From contig CACMPM010000002.1 of assembly GCA_902615625.1 (NCBI GenBank), positions 28,472 to 92,471 of the forward strand: a DNA stretch of 64,000 nt, read 5' to 3'. Numbering within the stretch: the stretch's first letter is position 1; each line of letters starts with the position of its first letter. The translations under genes and the position numbers were made by a program. Below, one piece after another: positions 20,246 to 29,274 of the stretch. Source of the DNA: an uncultured Alphaproteobacteria bacterium (GTDB taxonomy: Bacteria; Pseudomonadota; Alphaproteobacteria; HIMB59; GCA-002718135). The notes under the pieces are model-generated. The model made no database searches and was not told where the DNA came from. It saw nothing but the letters and a program-made list of their open reading frames with translations.

Positions 20246-20329
20246 TTAATAAAAAAAATATATAGTTAAATTTAATGCTACAAAAATAAAGACTATAGCT
20301 ATAGCTGCATATAAATTTCTCTTGTTCAT
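20246..20329 (-). CDS. Putative 27-aa single-pass membrane protein (MNKRNLYAAIAIVFIFVALNLTIYFFY)
   Basis: Manual translation; fills the gap between two co-oriented genes; basic N-terminus then one TM helix. Confidence 0.5.
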   Translation of the reverse strand: MNKRNLYAAIAIVFIFVALNLTIYFFY

Positions 20330-20347
20330 ATTTAATTATGGTTAAAA

Positions 20348-20857
20348 TTATTCTTCATAAGGCATAACCCTTATTACATCTCCATAAATAATTACAACTC
20401 TTTGACCATTTGGAAGGGCGTTGTTATCTCCTTGCACAAAAGCTTTTTCTTGATCATTTTGGCAATTAGAAATGTCATTACCGCATTTGTCAATATTCAC
20501 TATATATTGGAAACCGTCATGATTACCAATTTTAGCTTGTATTACTGAACCCATAGCTGCTCCACCAATAGTGCCATATACTACAGCGATATCTTGGCAC
20601 TTGGTTCCTAATATTTCTTCCTCTCCACATATTTGAGATGCTAAAAGCCCTCCTATCATTGCTCCAGCAGTTGCTCCAATCCAATCACTTTCACCTTCAA
20701 TTTTTACTGGAAGAGAGGTTTTGATTGTTCCATATTCAATATTAGTTACTTTTTGTGCATCAGATTTTTTTACTTTATTTGGAGATGTGGTATTACAAGA
20801 GATTAGTGCTAAACTAATTAAAAGGGGAAATATCAATAATTTTATTAATTTGATCAT
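20348..20857 (-). CDS. Glycine-zipper outer-membrane lipoprotein (SlyB/Pcp-like)
   Basis: Lipobox LISC after ATG at 20857; GATAGAMIGG and GTIGGAAMG zippers; GQRV. Confidence 0.75.
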   Translation of the reverse strand: MIKLIKLLIFPLLISLALISCNTTSPNKVKKSDAQKVTNIEYGTIKTSLPVKIEGESDWIGATAGAMIGGLLASQICGEEEILGTKCQDIAVVYGTIGGAAMGSVIQAKIGNHDGFQYIVNIDKCGNDISNCQNDQEKAFVQGDNNALPNGQRVVIIYGDVIRVMPYEE

Positions 20858-20950
20858 TAATTCATCAATTATTATAGTTAAAAATTGTCTAAAATAAGCA
20901 ATTAATTTCAATAAATCATATAAATTTTTTAATAACTTACTATTTTAATA

Positions 20951-22432
20951 TTGATGAAAAGTTTATTTTTAATTCTTGGAAATCAATTATTTCCACATAA
21001 ACACCTAAGTAAATATAAAGATTCAACTATTTTTATGTGTGAAAGTTTTGATCTTTGTACTTTTCAAAAACATCATAAATTAAAACTCATTCTTTTTCTT
21101 TCCTCAATGAGATCTTATGCTGATGAATTAAAAAAAAATAAATTTAAAGTAAATTATATTGATTTAAATAAGAATTTTAAAATATCCTACGAAAAAAAAT
21201 TAGAAAATTTTATAAAAAAAAATAAATACGAACAGTTAATCTCTTTTGAAATTGAAGATAAATTTTTTGAAAAAAAAATAAGCACTTTATGTAAAAAAAA
21301 CAAGATTAAATTAATTTTTATTCAATCACCCATGTTTTTAAATTCAAGAGATGAATTTAAAAATTATTTAAGTAAAACAAAAAAACCTTTTATGGCAAAT
21401 TTTTATAAAATTGCCCGCGCAAAAATAAATATTTTAATGGAAAATAATAAGCCCAAAGGAGGAAAATGGAGTTTTGATGAAGATAACAGAAAAAAACTCC
21501 CTAAAGATATTAAAATACCAGAAATGATTACTGCAAAAGAAACAAAACATACTAAAATTTTAAAACAACAAATAAACACATTTTTTAAAAATCACCCAGG
21601 TAAAGTCGATAATTTTTGGCTACCAACAACTTTTGATGATGCTGTTAAATGGTTAGATTATTTTATTATTAAAAAATTTAATTCATTTGGTGATTACGAA
21701 GATGCAGTTGATACTCATAATAATTTTTTATTTCATAGCGTTCTAAGTCCTATGATTAATTTAGGTTTATTAACACCAGAACTAATAATTGAGAAAGTTA
21801 GAAAAGTTGAAAATAAAATTAAAATTAATTCTTATGAAGGTTATATAAGGCAAGTTATTGGATGGAGAGAATTTATTAGAGGAATTTATCAAAATTATGA
21901 TCAACAATTAGAAAAAAATAATTTCTTTCAACATAAAAATTCTCTTACTAAAAAATGGTATGATGGCACAACTGGGTTAGATCCTTTAGATCATTCAATT
22001 AAAAATGCTCAAAAATATGGATATACTCATCATATTGAGAGATTAATGGTTCTATGTAATATAATGAACTTATGTGAAATTAAACCTAATGAAGTTTATA
22101 ATTGGTTCATGGAAATGTTTGTAGATAGTTCTGATTGGGTAATGTCCCCTAATGTTTATGGTATGGGATTGTTTAGTGATGGAGGTATATTTAGCACTAA
22201 ACCTTATATTTGTGGTTCAAGTTATTTTATGAAAATGATGAATTTTAAAAGAGGTAATTGGAATGATATTATGGATGGATTGTATTGGCGTTTTATTAAT
22301 AAAAATAGAAAATATTTTCAATCCAATCCACGTTTAAATATGATGGTTAATATCTATGATAAAATGAATACAGAGAGGAAAAATCATATTTTAAAGAAAG
22401 CAAATCAGTTTATTCGTGATAATACCAATTAA
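20951..22432 (+). CDS. Bacterial (6-4) photolyase/cryptochrome, PhrB/CryB-like, without Fe-S cysteines
   Basis: ILGNQLF, GGKWSFDEDNR, FGDYEDA, RQVIGWREF, HHIERLMV, KPYI. Confidence 0.88.
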   Translation: MMKSLFLILGNQLFPHKHLSKYKDSTIFMCESFDLCTFQKHHKLKLILFLSSMRSYADELKKNKFKVNYIDLNKNFKISYEKKLENFIKKNKYEQLISFEIEDKFFEKKISTLCKKNKIKLIFIQSPMFLNSRDEFKNYLSKTKKPFMANFYKIARAKINILMENNKPKGGKWSFDEDNRKKLPKDIKIPEMITAKETKHTKILKQQINTFFKNHPGKVDNFWLPTTFDDAVKWLDYFIIKKFNSFGDYEDAVDTHNNFLFHSVLSPMINLGLLTPELIIEKVRKVENKIKINSYEGYIRQVIGWREFIRGIYQNYDQQLEKNNFFQHKNSLTKKWYDGTTGLDPLDHSIKNAQKYGYTHHIERLMVLCNIMNLCEIKPNEVYNWFMEMFVDSSDWVMSPNVYGMGLFSDGGIFSTKPYICGSSYFMKMMNFKRGNWNDIMDGLYWRFINKNRKYFQSNPRLNMMVNIYDKMNTERKNHILKKANQFIRDNTN

Positions 22433-22809
22433 TGGATAAATTCGATGTTGTTGCGGCAATAATAACAAAAGATGATAAATTTTTTATTGCACAAAGAAAT
22501 AGAAATAAACATATGGGATTAAGATGGGAATTTCCTGGAGGAAAAGTGGAAAAGGGTGAAACGTTTGAAATTGCACTTAAAAGAGAAATAAAAGAAGAAC
22601 TTAATATAGAAATTAAAATTAAAAATAAACTAGGTGAAGAAATTTATCAAGATGAGAAAATAAATGTAAAATTACATTATTTTATATGCTCTCATTTTGA
22701 TGGTGAAATTATTTTGAGTGAACACGAGAATTCTGCTTGGGTTACAAAAAATGATTTTAAAAATTATAATTTTGCTGAAGGAGATAGTGATATTATAAAC
22801 TTATTATAA
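22432..22809 (+). CDS. NUDIX hydrolase, MutT/NudG-like
   Basis: Nudix box GGKVEKGETFEIALKREIKEEL. Confidence 0.9.
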   Translation: MDKFDVVAAIITKDDKFFIAQRNRNKHMGLRWEFPGGKVEKGETFEIALKREIKEELNIEIKIKNKLGEEIYQDEKINVKLHYFICSHFDGEIILSEHENSAWVTKNDFKNYNFAEGDSDIINLL

Positions 22810-22915
22810 ACTTATTATAAATCTAATTTTAAAATCCTTTAAAACCTTAATTTTCTACTCTTTTTTTCAAAAATTTTATTTTCTTTTATATTAATGATAA
22901 AGGTCAACATCATTT

Positions 22916-23626
22916 ATGAAAGTTGATAAAGATCAAATATCTGCGTGGGGTGTTCATGCCTTTACTGGTTCTGGAGCTATACTTGGTTTTCTTGCCTTAA
23001 TATCAATATTAAATAATGATCAAACTGGAGCTTTCTTATGGTTAGGATTAGCATTACTTGTTGATGGAATAGACGGAACATTAGCAAGAAGAGTAGGTGT
23101 TGAAGAGAAAGCACCAAATTTAGATGGAATTATTTTAGACAGTATTGTTGATTATCTTAACTATGTAATAAATCCTGCTTTAATGATTTATTGGTTTCAA
23201 TTAGTTCCTGATGGTTTTGAAATTATCATGCCCGCTATAATATTTGGTGTTTCTTTGTACACTTTTATTAATGTTAATATGAAAACTGATGATTATTATT
23301 TCAGAGGCTTTCCTGCAATTTGGAATATTGTAGTTTTATATTTTTTCATATTAAATTCAAATACTTGGATAAACCTTATAGTCATAATTATTTTATCAGT
23401 ATTGACTTTTATCCCTTTTAAGTTTGTTCATCCATTACGAGTAAAATCTTATCGAAATCTAACTATTTTTTTTACAGTAATATGGTCTGCAACAACTTTA
23501 AGACTCGTCACTAAATCAGAAATAAATTTAATCATCAATGACACAATAGTATTAGTCATCTGGTTAATATGTACTGGTTATTTTTCATATATTTGTTTAA
23601 ATAAATCATTAAAAGATTTCACATAA
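22916..23626 (+). CDS. pcs: Phosphatidylcholine synthase
   Basis: VHAFTGSG, DGIDGTLAR...DG..LD..VDYLNY, KTDDYYFRGFPA.WN, FVHPLRV. Confidence 0.85.
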   Translation: MKVDKDQISAWGVHAFTGSGAILGFLALISILNNDQTGAFLWLGLALLVDGIDGTLARRVGVEEKAPNLDGIILDSIVDYLNYVINPALMIYWFQLVPDGFEIIMPAIIFGVSLYTFINVNMKTDDYYFRGFPAIWNIVVLYFFILNSNTWINLIVIIILSVLTFIPFKFVHPLRVKSYRNLTIFFTVIWSATTLRLVTKSEINLIINDTIVLVIWLICTGYFSYICLNKSLKDFT

Positions 23627-23684
23627 TTTATATAAAAATTAATTTTTTTATATATTTTATGAATAAATAGAATATTTTTAATTT

Positions 23685-25664
23685 ATGATTAAAATCTTCA
23701 TTACAATTGTTTTATTAATTTTTACTCAAATTAATTTATCGTTTGCAAATTGTGTAAAGGGTGACTGTAATAATGGTTTTGGAACTTGGGAAGATACTGA
23801 TTTTAAATATATTGGGAAATTTGAAGATGGTTTATTTAATGGACAAGGTTCTGTAATATTTAATGATGGTGAAAGCTATACTGGTGAATTTAGTAATGAT
23901 GCTTTTAATGGTTATGGCACATATATTTTTTTAAATGGAGATACATATATAGGTGATTTTTTAGATGGAGAATTTAGTGGATACGGTTTCTATTCATATA
24001 GTAATGGAGATTCATATGAAGGAGGATACTTAAATAATCAACGAAATGGTTTTGGAAATTTTAAATTTAATGATGGTCAAGAATATATTGGTGAATTTAA
24101 AAATGATAATTATGATGGATTTGGCACATTGTTTCTTAAAGATAATGATTTTTATGAAGGTGAATTTAAAAATGGTCTATTTAGTGGAATTGGTAAATAT
24201 ACATATGGAAATGGACTTATAGAGGAAGGTTATTATGAAGATGGTATATTTTTATCATCAAATTCTAATTCAGATAATTTAAATTTAGTTGAAGAATTTT
24301 TTAATATAGAATTATCTCAATCTACAATAAGAAATTTCATTGAAAATTCTGGAATTCAATATGAAGTTTTTGAGTTTATAGATGATAGTAGTTTTAGTAT
24401 TAAAAATCTCTATTTTAATGACGGATTATCAGAATTTATAATAGGTGAAGTTACACTAATTGATTTAGATTATTATGCTATAAACAAAATAAAAATAAAT
24501 AGTGATATAAAAATAAACCTTTTTAAAAAGATTATAATAAAAGAATATTCATATAAAGAAGATAATATAGATCATTTTATAGATCATTTTGAAATTTCAA
24601 ATTTAAATATAAATAATGCAAGTTTAATTTATGATTTTTTAAATTCTTTAGACTTTTTTAATTTTGAAAATATTTATTTTATTCTTGATACTATTAGTTT
24701 TAATGAATTTAAAATTAATGGAGCTAAAATTGCTGAAATAGATTACTACGGTGAATGGGAAAAGTTCGAGTTTTCTAATTATAAAGATATGAATTTTGAT
24801 TCAATTCTATTAGAAAATTATTATTTTAATGAAGAAGAAGTTGAACAAGAAGGTGGACTAATTAAGATCAAAGATTTAACATTCAATAGACCTCAAAATA
24901 TTTTATATTTTGACATTAATAATCCTGATTTATTTTTTTCAATTTTTAAATCTTTAGATAATTTTGTTGCAAAAGATATCTGGTATAAAGACAAGTTTGA
25001 TAATGTTACATTTAATGCAGATCTATATGAAATATCAAATTTAAATACTATAGAAATAGATAATTTATTTTTACCAGTTACATTAGATTTTAATTTAAAG
25101 AATGTAATTTTTTCAGATTTAGATTCTGAGATAAAAATGTATTTAAATATGTTAGGTTATGATGATTTATCTTTTGATTTAAACTTTCAATCATCAATAG
25201 ATTATAAAAAAGAAGAATTTACTATTTCTCTTGATACCTCAGTTTATGATGCTTTTGGTTTAAAAACCAAATTAATATTTTCAAATTTAGATATAAATTC
25301 TATAAATTTTTCAAATGATATGGAATTAATGGAATATTTTTCTAACGAATTTAAATTTAATTTATTTGAGATTGAATTTATAGATGAAGGAATGACAGAC
25401 AAAATTTTCTTATTTGTAGATGAATTTTTTGGTTTCAAAAAAAATGATATAAAACAATTATTTTTACAAGAAATAAATAATGATGCAGATTTACAAAGTT
25501 CAATAGATATCAAATATCTTAAAAAAATGTTAAATTTTATTGATAATCCAGATAGTATTAAAATTACAATTCAGCCTCAAAACCCAATGTCTTTTAATGA
25601 TATTTTAATTTATTCTATGAGCCCAGCCTTACTTATTGAAGAGCTTAATGTTAGTATTGAATAG
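23685..25664 (+). CDS. Exported protein with N-terminal MORN repeats and a large acidic C-terminal domain
   Basis: Signal peptide, CVKGDCNNG, about 7 YxGeFxxxxxxGxG repeats. Confidence 0.8.
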   Translation: MIKIFITIVLLIFTQINLSFANCVKGDCNNGFGTWEDTDFKYIGKFEDGLFNGQGSVIFNDGESYTGEFSNDAFNGYGTYIFLNGDTYIGDFLDGEFSGYGFYSYSNGDSYEGGYLNNQRNGFGNFKFNDGQEYIGEFKNDNYDGFGTLFLKDNDFYEGEFKNGLFSGIGKYTYGNGLIEEGYYEDGIFLSSNSNSDNLNLVEEFFNIELSQSTIRNFIENSGIQYEVFEFIDDSSFSIKNLYFNDGLSEFIIGEVTLIDLDYYAINKIKINSDIKINLFKKIIIKEYSYKEDNIDHFIDHFEISNLNINNASLIYDFLNSLDFFNFENIYFILDTISFNEFKINGAKIAEIDYYGEWEKFEFSNYKDMNFDSILLENYYFNEEEVEQEGGLIKIKDLTFNRPQNILYFDINNPDLFFSIFKSLDNFVAKDIWYKDKFDNVTFNADLYEISNLNTIEIDNLFLPVTLDFNLKNVIFSDLDSEIKMYLNMLGYDDLSFDLNFQSSIDYKKEEFTISLDTSVYDAFGLKTKLIFSNLDINSINFSNDMELMEYFSNEFKFNLFEIEFIDEGMTDKIFLFVDEFFGFKKNDIKQLFLQEINNDADLQSSIDIKYLKKMLNFIDNPDSIKITIQPQNPMSFNDILIYSMSPALLIEELNVSIE

Positions 25665-25702
25665 TGTTATCTAAATTATTCCAATTATACCTTTATTTTT
25701 TT

Positions 25703-25725
25703 TAATATGCATAATTTGCATATTA
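25703..25725. promoter_or_regulatory. Perfect 9-bp inverted repeat, possible operator
   Basis: TAATATGCA-TAATT-TGCATATTA, about 55 nt upstream of the riboswitch aptamers. Confidence 0.3.
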
Positions 25726-25778
25726 GATAATGATCTTAATCATTTTATAATATCAATAAGTTTTATTATTAATTTTTC

Positions 25779-25832
25779 ATCGTTCATTTTGAATAATTCA
25801 AAACGGAAGTAAACGAAAGTTGAAGGAACGCA
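25779..25832 (+). promoter_or_regulatory. Glutamine riboswitch aptamer 1 (glnA RNA motif)
   Basis: P1 CGTTC/GAACG, P2 TTTTGAA/TTCAAAA, junction CGGAAGTA, P3 AAC-GAAA-GTT, E-loop GAAG, terminal C. Confidence 0.92.
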
Positions 25833-25845
25833 TGCAAGTTATTAA

Positions 25846-25898
25846 ATCGTTCAATCTGTATTTTACAGATCGGAAGTAAGCTAAAGCTGAAGGAACGC
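25846..25898 (+). promoter_or_regulatory. Glutamine riboswitch aptamer 2 (glnA RNA motif)
   Basis: P1 CGTTC/GAACG, P2 ATCTGTA/TACAGAT, CGGAAGTA, P3 AGC-TAAA-GCT, GAAG; stems covary with aptamer 1. Confidence 0.92.
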
Positions 25899-25964
25899 GG
25901 ATCTTATTATTAATTTCCATAGCTAGGCATGAATTATAACGGATAAGAAAGGTTTGTTATAACT

Positions 25965-26027
25965 ATGGTTAAAAAGTTAGATAATAAAAAATTAATCTAT
26001 TCTAATCTCAAGAGGTTTAATGATTGA
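25965..26027 (+). CDS. Putative 20-aa leader uORF (MVKKLDNKKLIYSNLKRFND)
   Basis: GAAAGG upstream; stop overlaps the next start as TGATG; the ATG lies in a predicted stem. Confidence 0.4.
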   Translation: MVKKLDNKKLIYSNLKRFND

Positions 26028-27433
26028 TGTTTAACGAAATGTATCAATCTGAGTCAGTTATAAGAAATCATTATAATAATATTAATGATTGGTTAGATCA
26101 AATGACTTCAAAAGTAATTCTTGAAAAGAATGCTGAAGCTGAAACTCATTTTAGAAATATTGGAATTACATTTTCTACAAATAATGAAACATCAAGAGAA
26201 AGAATTATTCCGTTTGATTTAATTCCAAGGATATTTACTTATACTGAATGGTTAAGGTTAGAAAGAGGGGTAATCCAAAGAGCTAAAGCACTAAATGCTT
26301 TTCTAGCTGATATTTATAATCAAGGTGAAATAATAAAAGCCAATATAATTCCTAAAGAAATTATTTACAAAAAAAAATCTTTTGAACCTTCTATGTTTGG
26401 TTTTTCTCCTCCTAGAGATATTTATAGCCCTATAATTGGTATTGATTTAGTTAGAACAGGTCCAAATGATTATTTTGTTTTAGAAGATAATTGTCGAACA
26501 CCAAGTGGTGTTTCCTACATGCTAGAAAATAGAGAAATAATGATGCGAATGTTTCCTGATTTATTTCATAACAATAGAGTAACACCTATAGATGACTACC
26601 CAACAAGACTTTTGCAAACATTGATGAGTTTAGCTCCTATTAAATGTGAAAATCCTGAACCAGTTTGCGTGTTACTTACACCTGGTCCTTTAAATAGCGC
26701 TTATTACGAACACAGTTTTTTATCAGATCAAATGGGTATTGAAATGGTTGAATCAACAGATTTATTTGTTGAAGGAAAATATCTTTATATGAAAACAGTT
26801 GATGGTCCAAAAAGAGTAGATGTTGTTTATAGAAGAATAGATGACGATTTTTTAGATCCTTTATGTTTTAATCCTCAGTCTGTAATTGGTATTCCAGGAA
26901 TTATGGATGTTTATAGAACAGGTGGCGTCAATATCTGTTCAGCACCTGGAGTAGGTATAGCTGATGACAAAGCAATTTATATTTATGTGCCTGAGATGAT
27001 CAAATTTTATTTAGGTGAACAACCAATCTTAGATAATGTTGAAACATGGAATTGTGAAAAGGAACAAGAATTAAAATATGTTTTAGATAATATAAATAAA
27101 CTTGTCGTAAAAGAAGTTGATGGATCTGGAGGTTATGGAATGTTAATAGGTCCAAAATCTTCTAAATCCACTATAGATGAATTTAAAACAAAACTCTCAA
27201 CAAATCCAAAAGGATATATAGCTCAACCTTTACTTGATCTTTCATTTTCACCAACACTCATCAAAAATCAAGTTGAGGGAAGAAGAGTAGATTTACGACC
27301 ATTTTGTTTAATTGGAGAGCAGGCTCAATTAAGTTCTGGCGGTTTAACTAGAGTTGCGATGAATGAAGGTTCTTTTGTTGTTAATTCTAGCCAAGGAGGC
27401 GGTGTGAAAGACACATGGGTATTAGCTGAATGA
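26027..27433 (+). CDS. Circularly permuted type 2 ATP-grasp protein
   Basis: IPFDLIPR, VLEDNCRTPSGVSYMLENR, LTPGPLNSAYYEH, YRRIDDDFLDP, GGLTRVA, VVNSSQGGGVKDTWVL. Confidence 0.95.
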   Translation: MFNEMYQSESVIRNHYNNINDWLDQMTSKVILEKNAEAETHFRNIGITFSTNNETSRERIIPFDLIPRIFTYTEWLRLERGVIQRAKALNAFLADIYNQGEIIKANIIPKEIIYKKKSFEPSMFGFSPPRDIYSPIIGIDLVRTGPNDYFVLEDNCRTPSGVSYMLENREIMMRMFPDLFHNNRVTPIDDYPTRLLQTLMSLAPIKCENPEPVCVLLTPGPLNSAYYEHSFLSDQMGIEMVESTDLFVEGKYLYMKTVDGPKRVDVVYRRIDDDFLDPLCFNPQSVIGIPGIMDVYRTGGVNICSAPGVGIADDKAIYIYVPEMIKFYLGEQPILDNVETWNCEKEQELKYVLDNINKLVVKEVDGSGGYGMLIGPKSSKSTIDEFKTKLSTNPKGYIAQPLLDLSFSPTLIKNQVEGRRVDLRPFCLIGEQAQLSSGGLTRVAMNEGSFVVNSSQGGGVKDTWVLAE

Positions 27434-27442
27434 GGAATAAAA

Positions 27443-28378
27443 ATGTTAAGTAGAACTGCTGAATATCTGTATTGGATCAGTCGTTATATGGAAAGAGCTG
27501 AAACAACAGCAAGGCTCTTAGATGTTGGTTATAGAATGTCTCTTTTTCCAAATCCAAGTGGTTATAATAATGAATGGGAATCAGTTTTATCTGCTGCTGG
27601 GGCAATTGAGGGGTATAAAAATAAATATGATACAATTGAACAGAAAAATGTGGAAGATTATTTATTTTTTGATGAAAGTAATCCTTCGTCTGTTTACAAT
27701 TGTATTCTTAATGCACGAAATAACGCATTAGTAGTTAGAACTTCCTTTACCCCTGAGTCTTGGTTAGCAATTAATAAAACTTATCAAGAGATACTAAACT
27801 TAAAAGAAAAAAAATTTATAAAATCTGATTTACCTGATCTTACAGAGTGGACAATAGAACAAGTAAATTTATTTAGGGGATCATTAAGTTCTTTACTTAG
27901 AAATGATGGTTATAATTTCCTTTTTCTTGGTTTATTTATTGAAAGAGCAGATAATTCTGCCAGATTATTAGATGTAAAGTATTTTGTTTTATTACCAAAA
28001 CCTCAATATGTAGGAGGCAATATCGATAATATGCAATGGAGTATATTGCTTCGTTCTTTATCATCTTTTAGAGCTTTTAGATGGGCATACGATGGGAATA
28101 TTACTGCAACTAAAATTGCTGATTTTTTAGTTTTAAATAATAATTGTCCTAGATCTTTAAGTTTTTGTATTCAAAATATTGTCAAACATTTAACTAACCT
28201 AACATGTAGTCCAGAAAAAGTTGGAAGAATTTATAATAATTTAAAAGATCTAAATACTAAAATTCAAGAAGAAAAAATAGAAACTATTGTTGAATATGGT
28301 CTTCATCAATTTGTAACACAATTTATTAGAAAAATATCTAGTGTTGATAACGAAATACATAAGGAGTTTTTTAATTAA
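27443..28378 (+). CDS. Alpha-E domain protein (DUF403)
   Basis: MLSRTAEYLYWISRYMERAE and IERAD..ARLLDVKY ER motifs; PRSL. Confidence 0.95.
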   Translation: MLSRTAEYLYWISRYMERAETTARLLDVGYRMSLFPNPSGYNNEWESVLSAAGAIEGYKNKYDTIEQKNVEDYLFFDESNPSSVYNCILNARNNALVVRTSFTPESWLAINKTYQEILNLKEKKFIKSDLPDLTEWTIEQVNLFRGSLSSLLRNDGYNFLFLGLFIERADNSARLLDVKYFVLLPKPQYVGGNIDNMQWSILLRSLSSFRAFRWAYDGNITATKIADFLVLNNNCPRSLSFCIQNIVKHLTNLTCSPEKVGRIYNNLKDLNTKIQEEKIETIVEYGLHQFVTQFIRKISSVDNEIHKEFFN

Positions 28379-28379
28379 T

Positions 28380-29219
28380 ATGGAACTAATAATTGAACAT
28401 ACAACTAAATATGAATATAAAAATCCAGTTGCGGGATTAATTCAAACCACTAAACTGCATCCTTCGGAATATAATGGTCTTAAAATTTTAGAGTGGAATG
28501 TCCATAATGATTCAGCTAAAAAATCAAAAATTTATCAGGATGGTGAAGCTAATAATATTCAAAGTTATACAAATACAAATAAGGTAAAAAAAATACAATT
28601 TACAGTTCTAGGAAAAGTCGAAACATTTGATACGAAAGGAATTTACCAAAGTGCTTCTGATAAAATAGATCCATTAGTTTACTTAAGAGAATCAAATTTA
28701 ACAAAAGCAAATGATAATATAAAAAATTTAGCTATTGAAGCTAAAAATGGTTTTAATGAAAATGAAAATTTGGAAACATCTCATAATTTGATGAATTTAG
28801 TAGCTGAAAAAATTGAATACAAGCCATTAACTACAAATAATCAAACAACTGCAATTGAAGCATTTAAACAGAAAAAAGGAGTATGCCAGGACCAAGCACA
28901 TATTATGATTGCAGCTGCAAAAACCCTTGGAATTCCTGCCAGATATGTAAATGGTTATATGCATAACAATTCTCATTCTTCAGAATTTCAATCTACACAT
29001 GCTTGGGCTGAATTTTATATTAATGATTTAGGGTGGGTAGGCTTTGATCCAACAAATAAATGCAGTCCTGATGAAAGATACGTACGTGTTTCATGTGGGC
29101 TTGATGCTAGTTACGCATCACCTATTAAAGGTGTTTTTTATGGAAATATCAATAATGATGATGTGATAGAAAACTTAGATATACATGTACAAACATTAGA
29201 AAATAACTCTCAACAATAA
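28380..29219 (+). CDS. Transglutaminase-like protein
   Basis: GVCQDQAH, IPARYVNGY, HAWAE, GFDPTN catalytic Cys-His-Asp; ATG at 28380. Confidence 0.93.
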   Translation: MELIIEHTTKYEYKNPVAGLIQTTKLHPSEYNGLKILEWNVHNDSAKKSKIYQDGEANNIQSYTNTNKVKKIQFTVLGKVETFDTKGIYQSASDKIDPLVYLRESNLTKANDNIKNLAIEAKNGFNENENLETSHNLMNLVAEKIEYKPLTTNNQTTAIEAFKQKKGVCQDQAHIMIAAAKTLGIPARYVNGYMHNNSHSSEFQSTHAWAEFYINDLGWVGFDPTNKCSPDERYVRVSCGLDASYASPIKGVFYGNINNDDVIENLDIHVQTLENNSQQ

Positions 29220-29274
29220 TTTGTTCGAAATATTTTCTTAACTTACTAGTATTATTTTAAAAAAAGGAGGAAAT

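Noticed and set aside
22791-22821. Tandem 11-bp repeat (TATTATAAACT) across the MutT-like stop codon
   Set aside because: Short AT-only duplication; no sign of function or of an insertion target site
25779-25898. Two roughly 28-nt direct repeats as a mini CRISPR array or peptide-precursor repeat
   Set aside because: Only two units, internal compensatory stems, no cas genes; fully explained as glnA-motif aptamers
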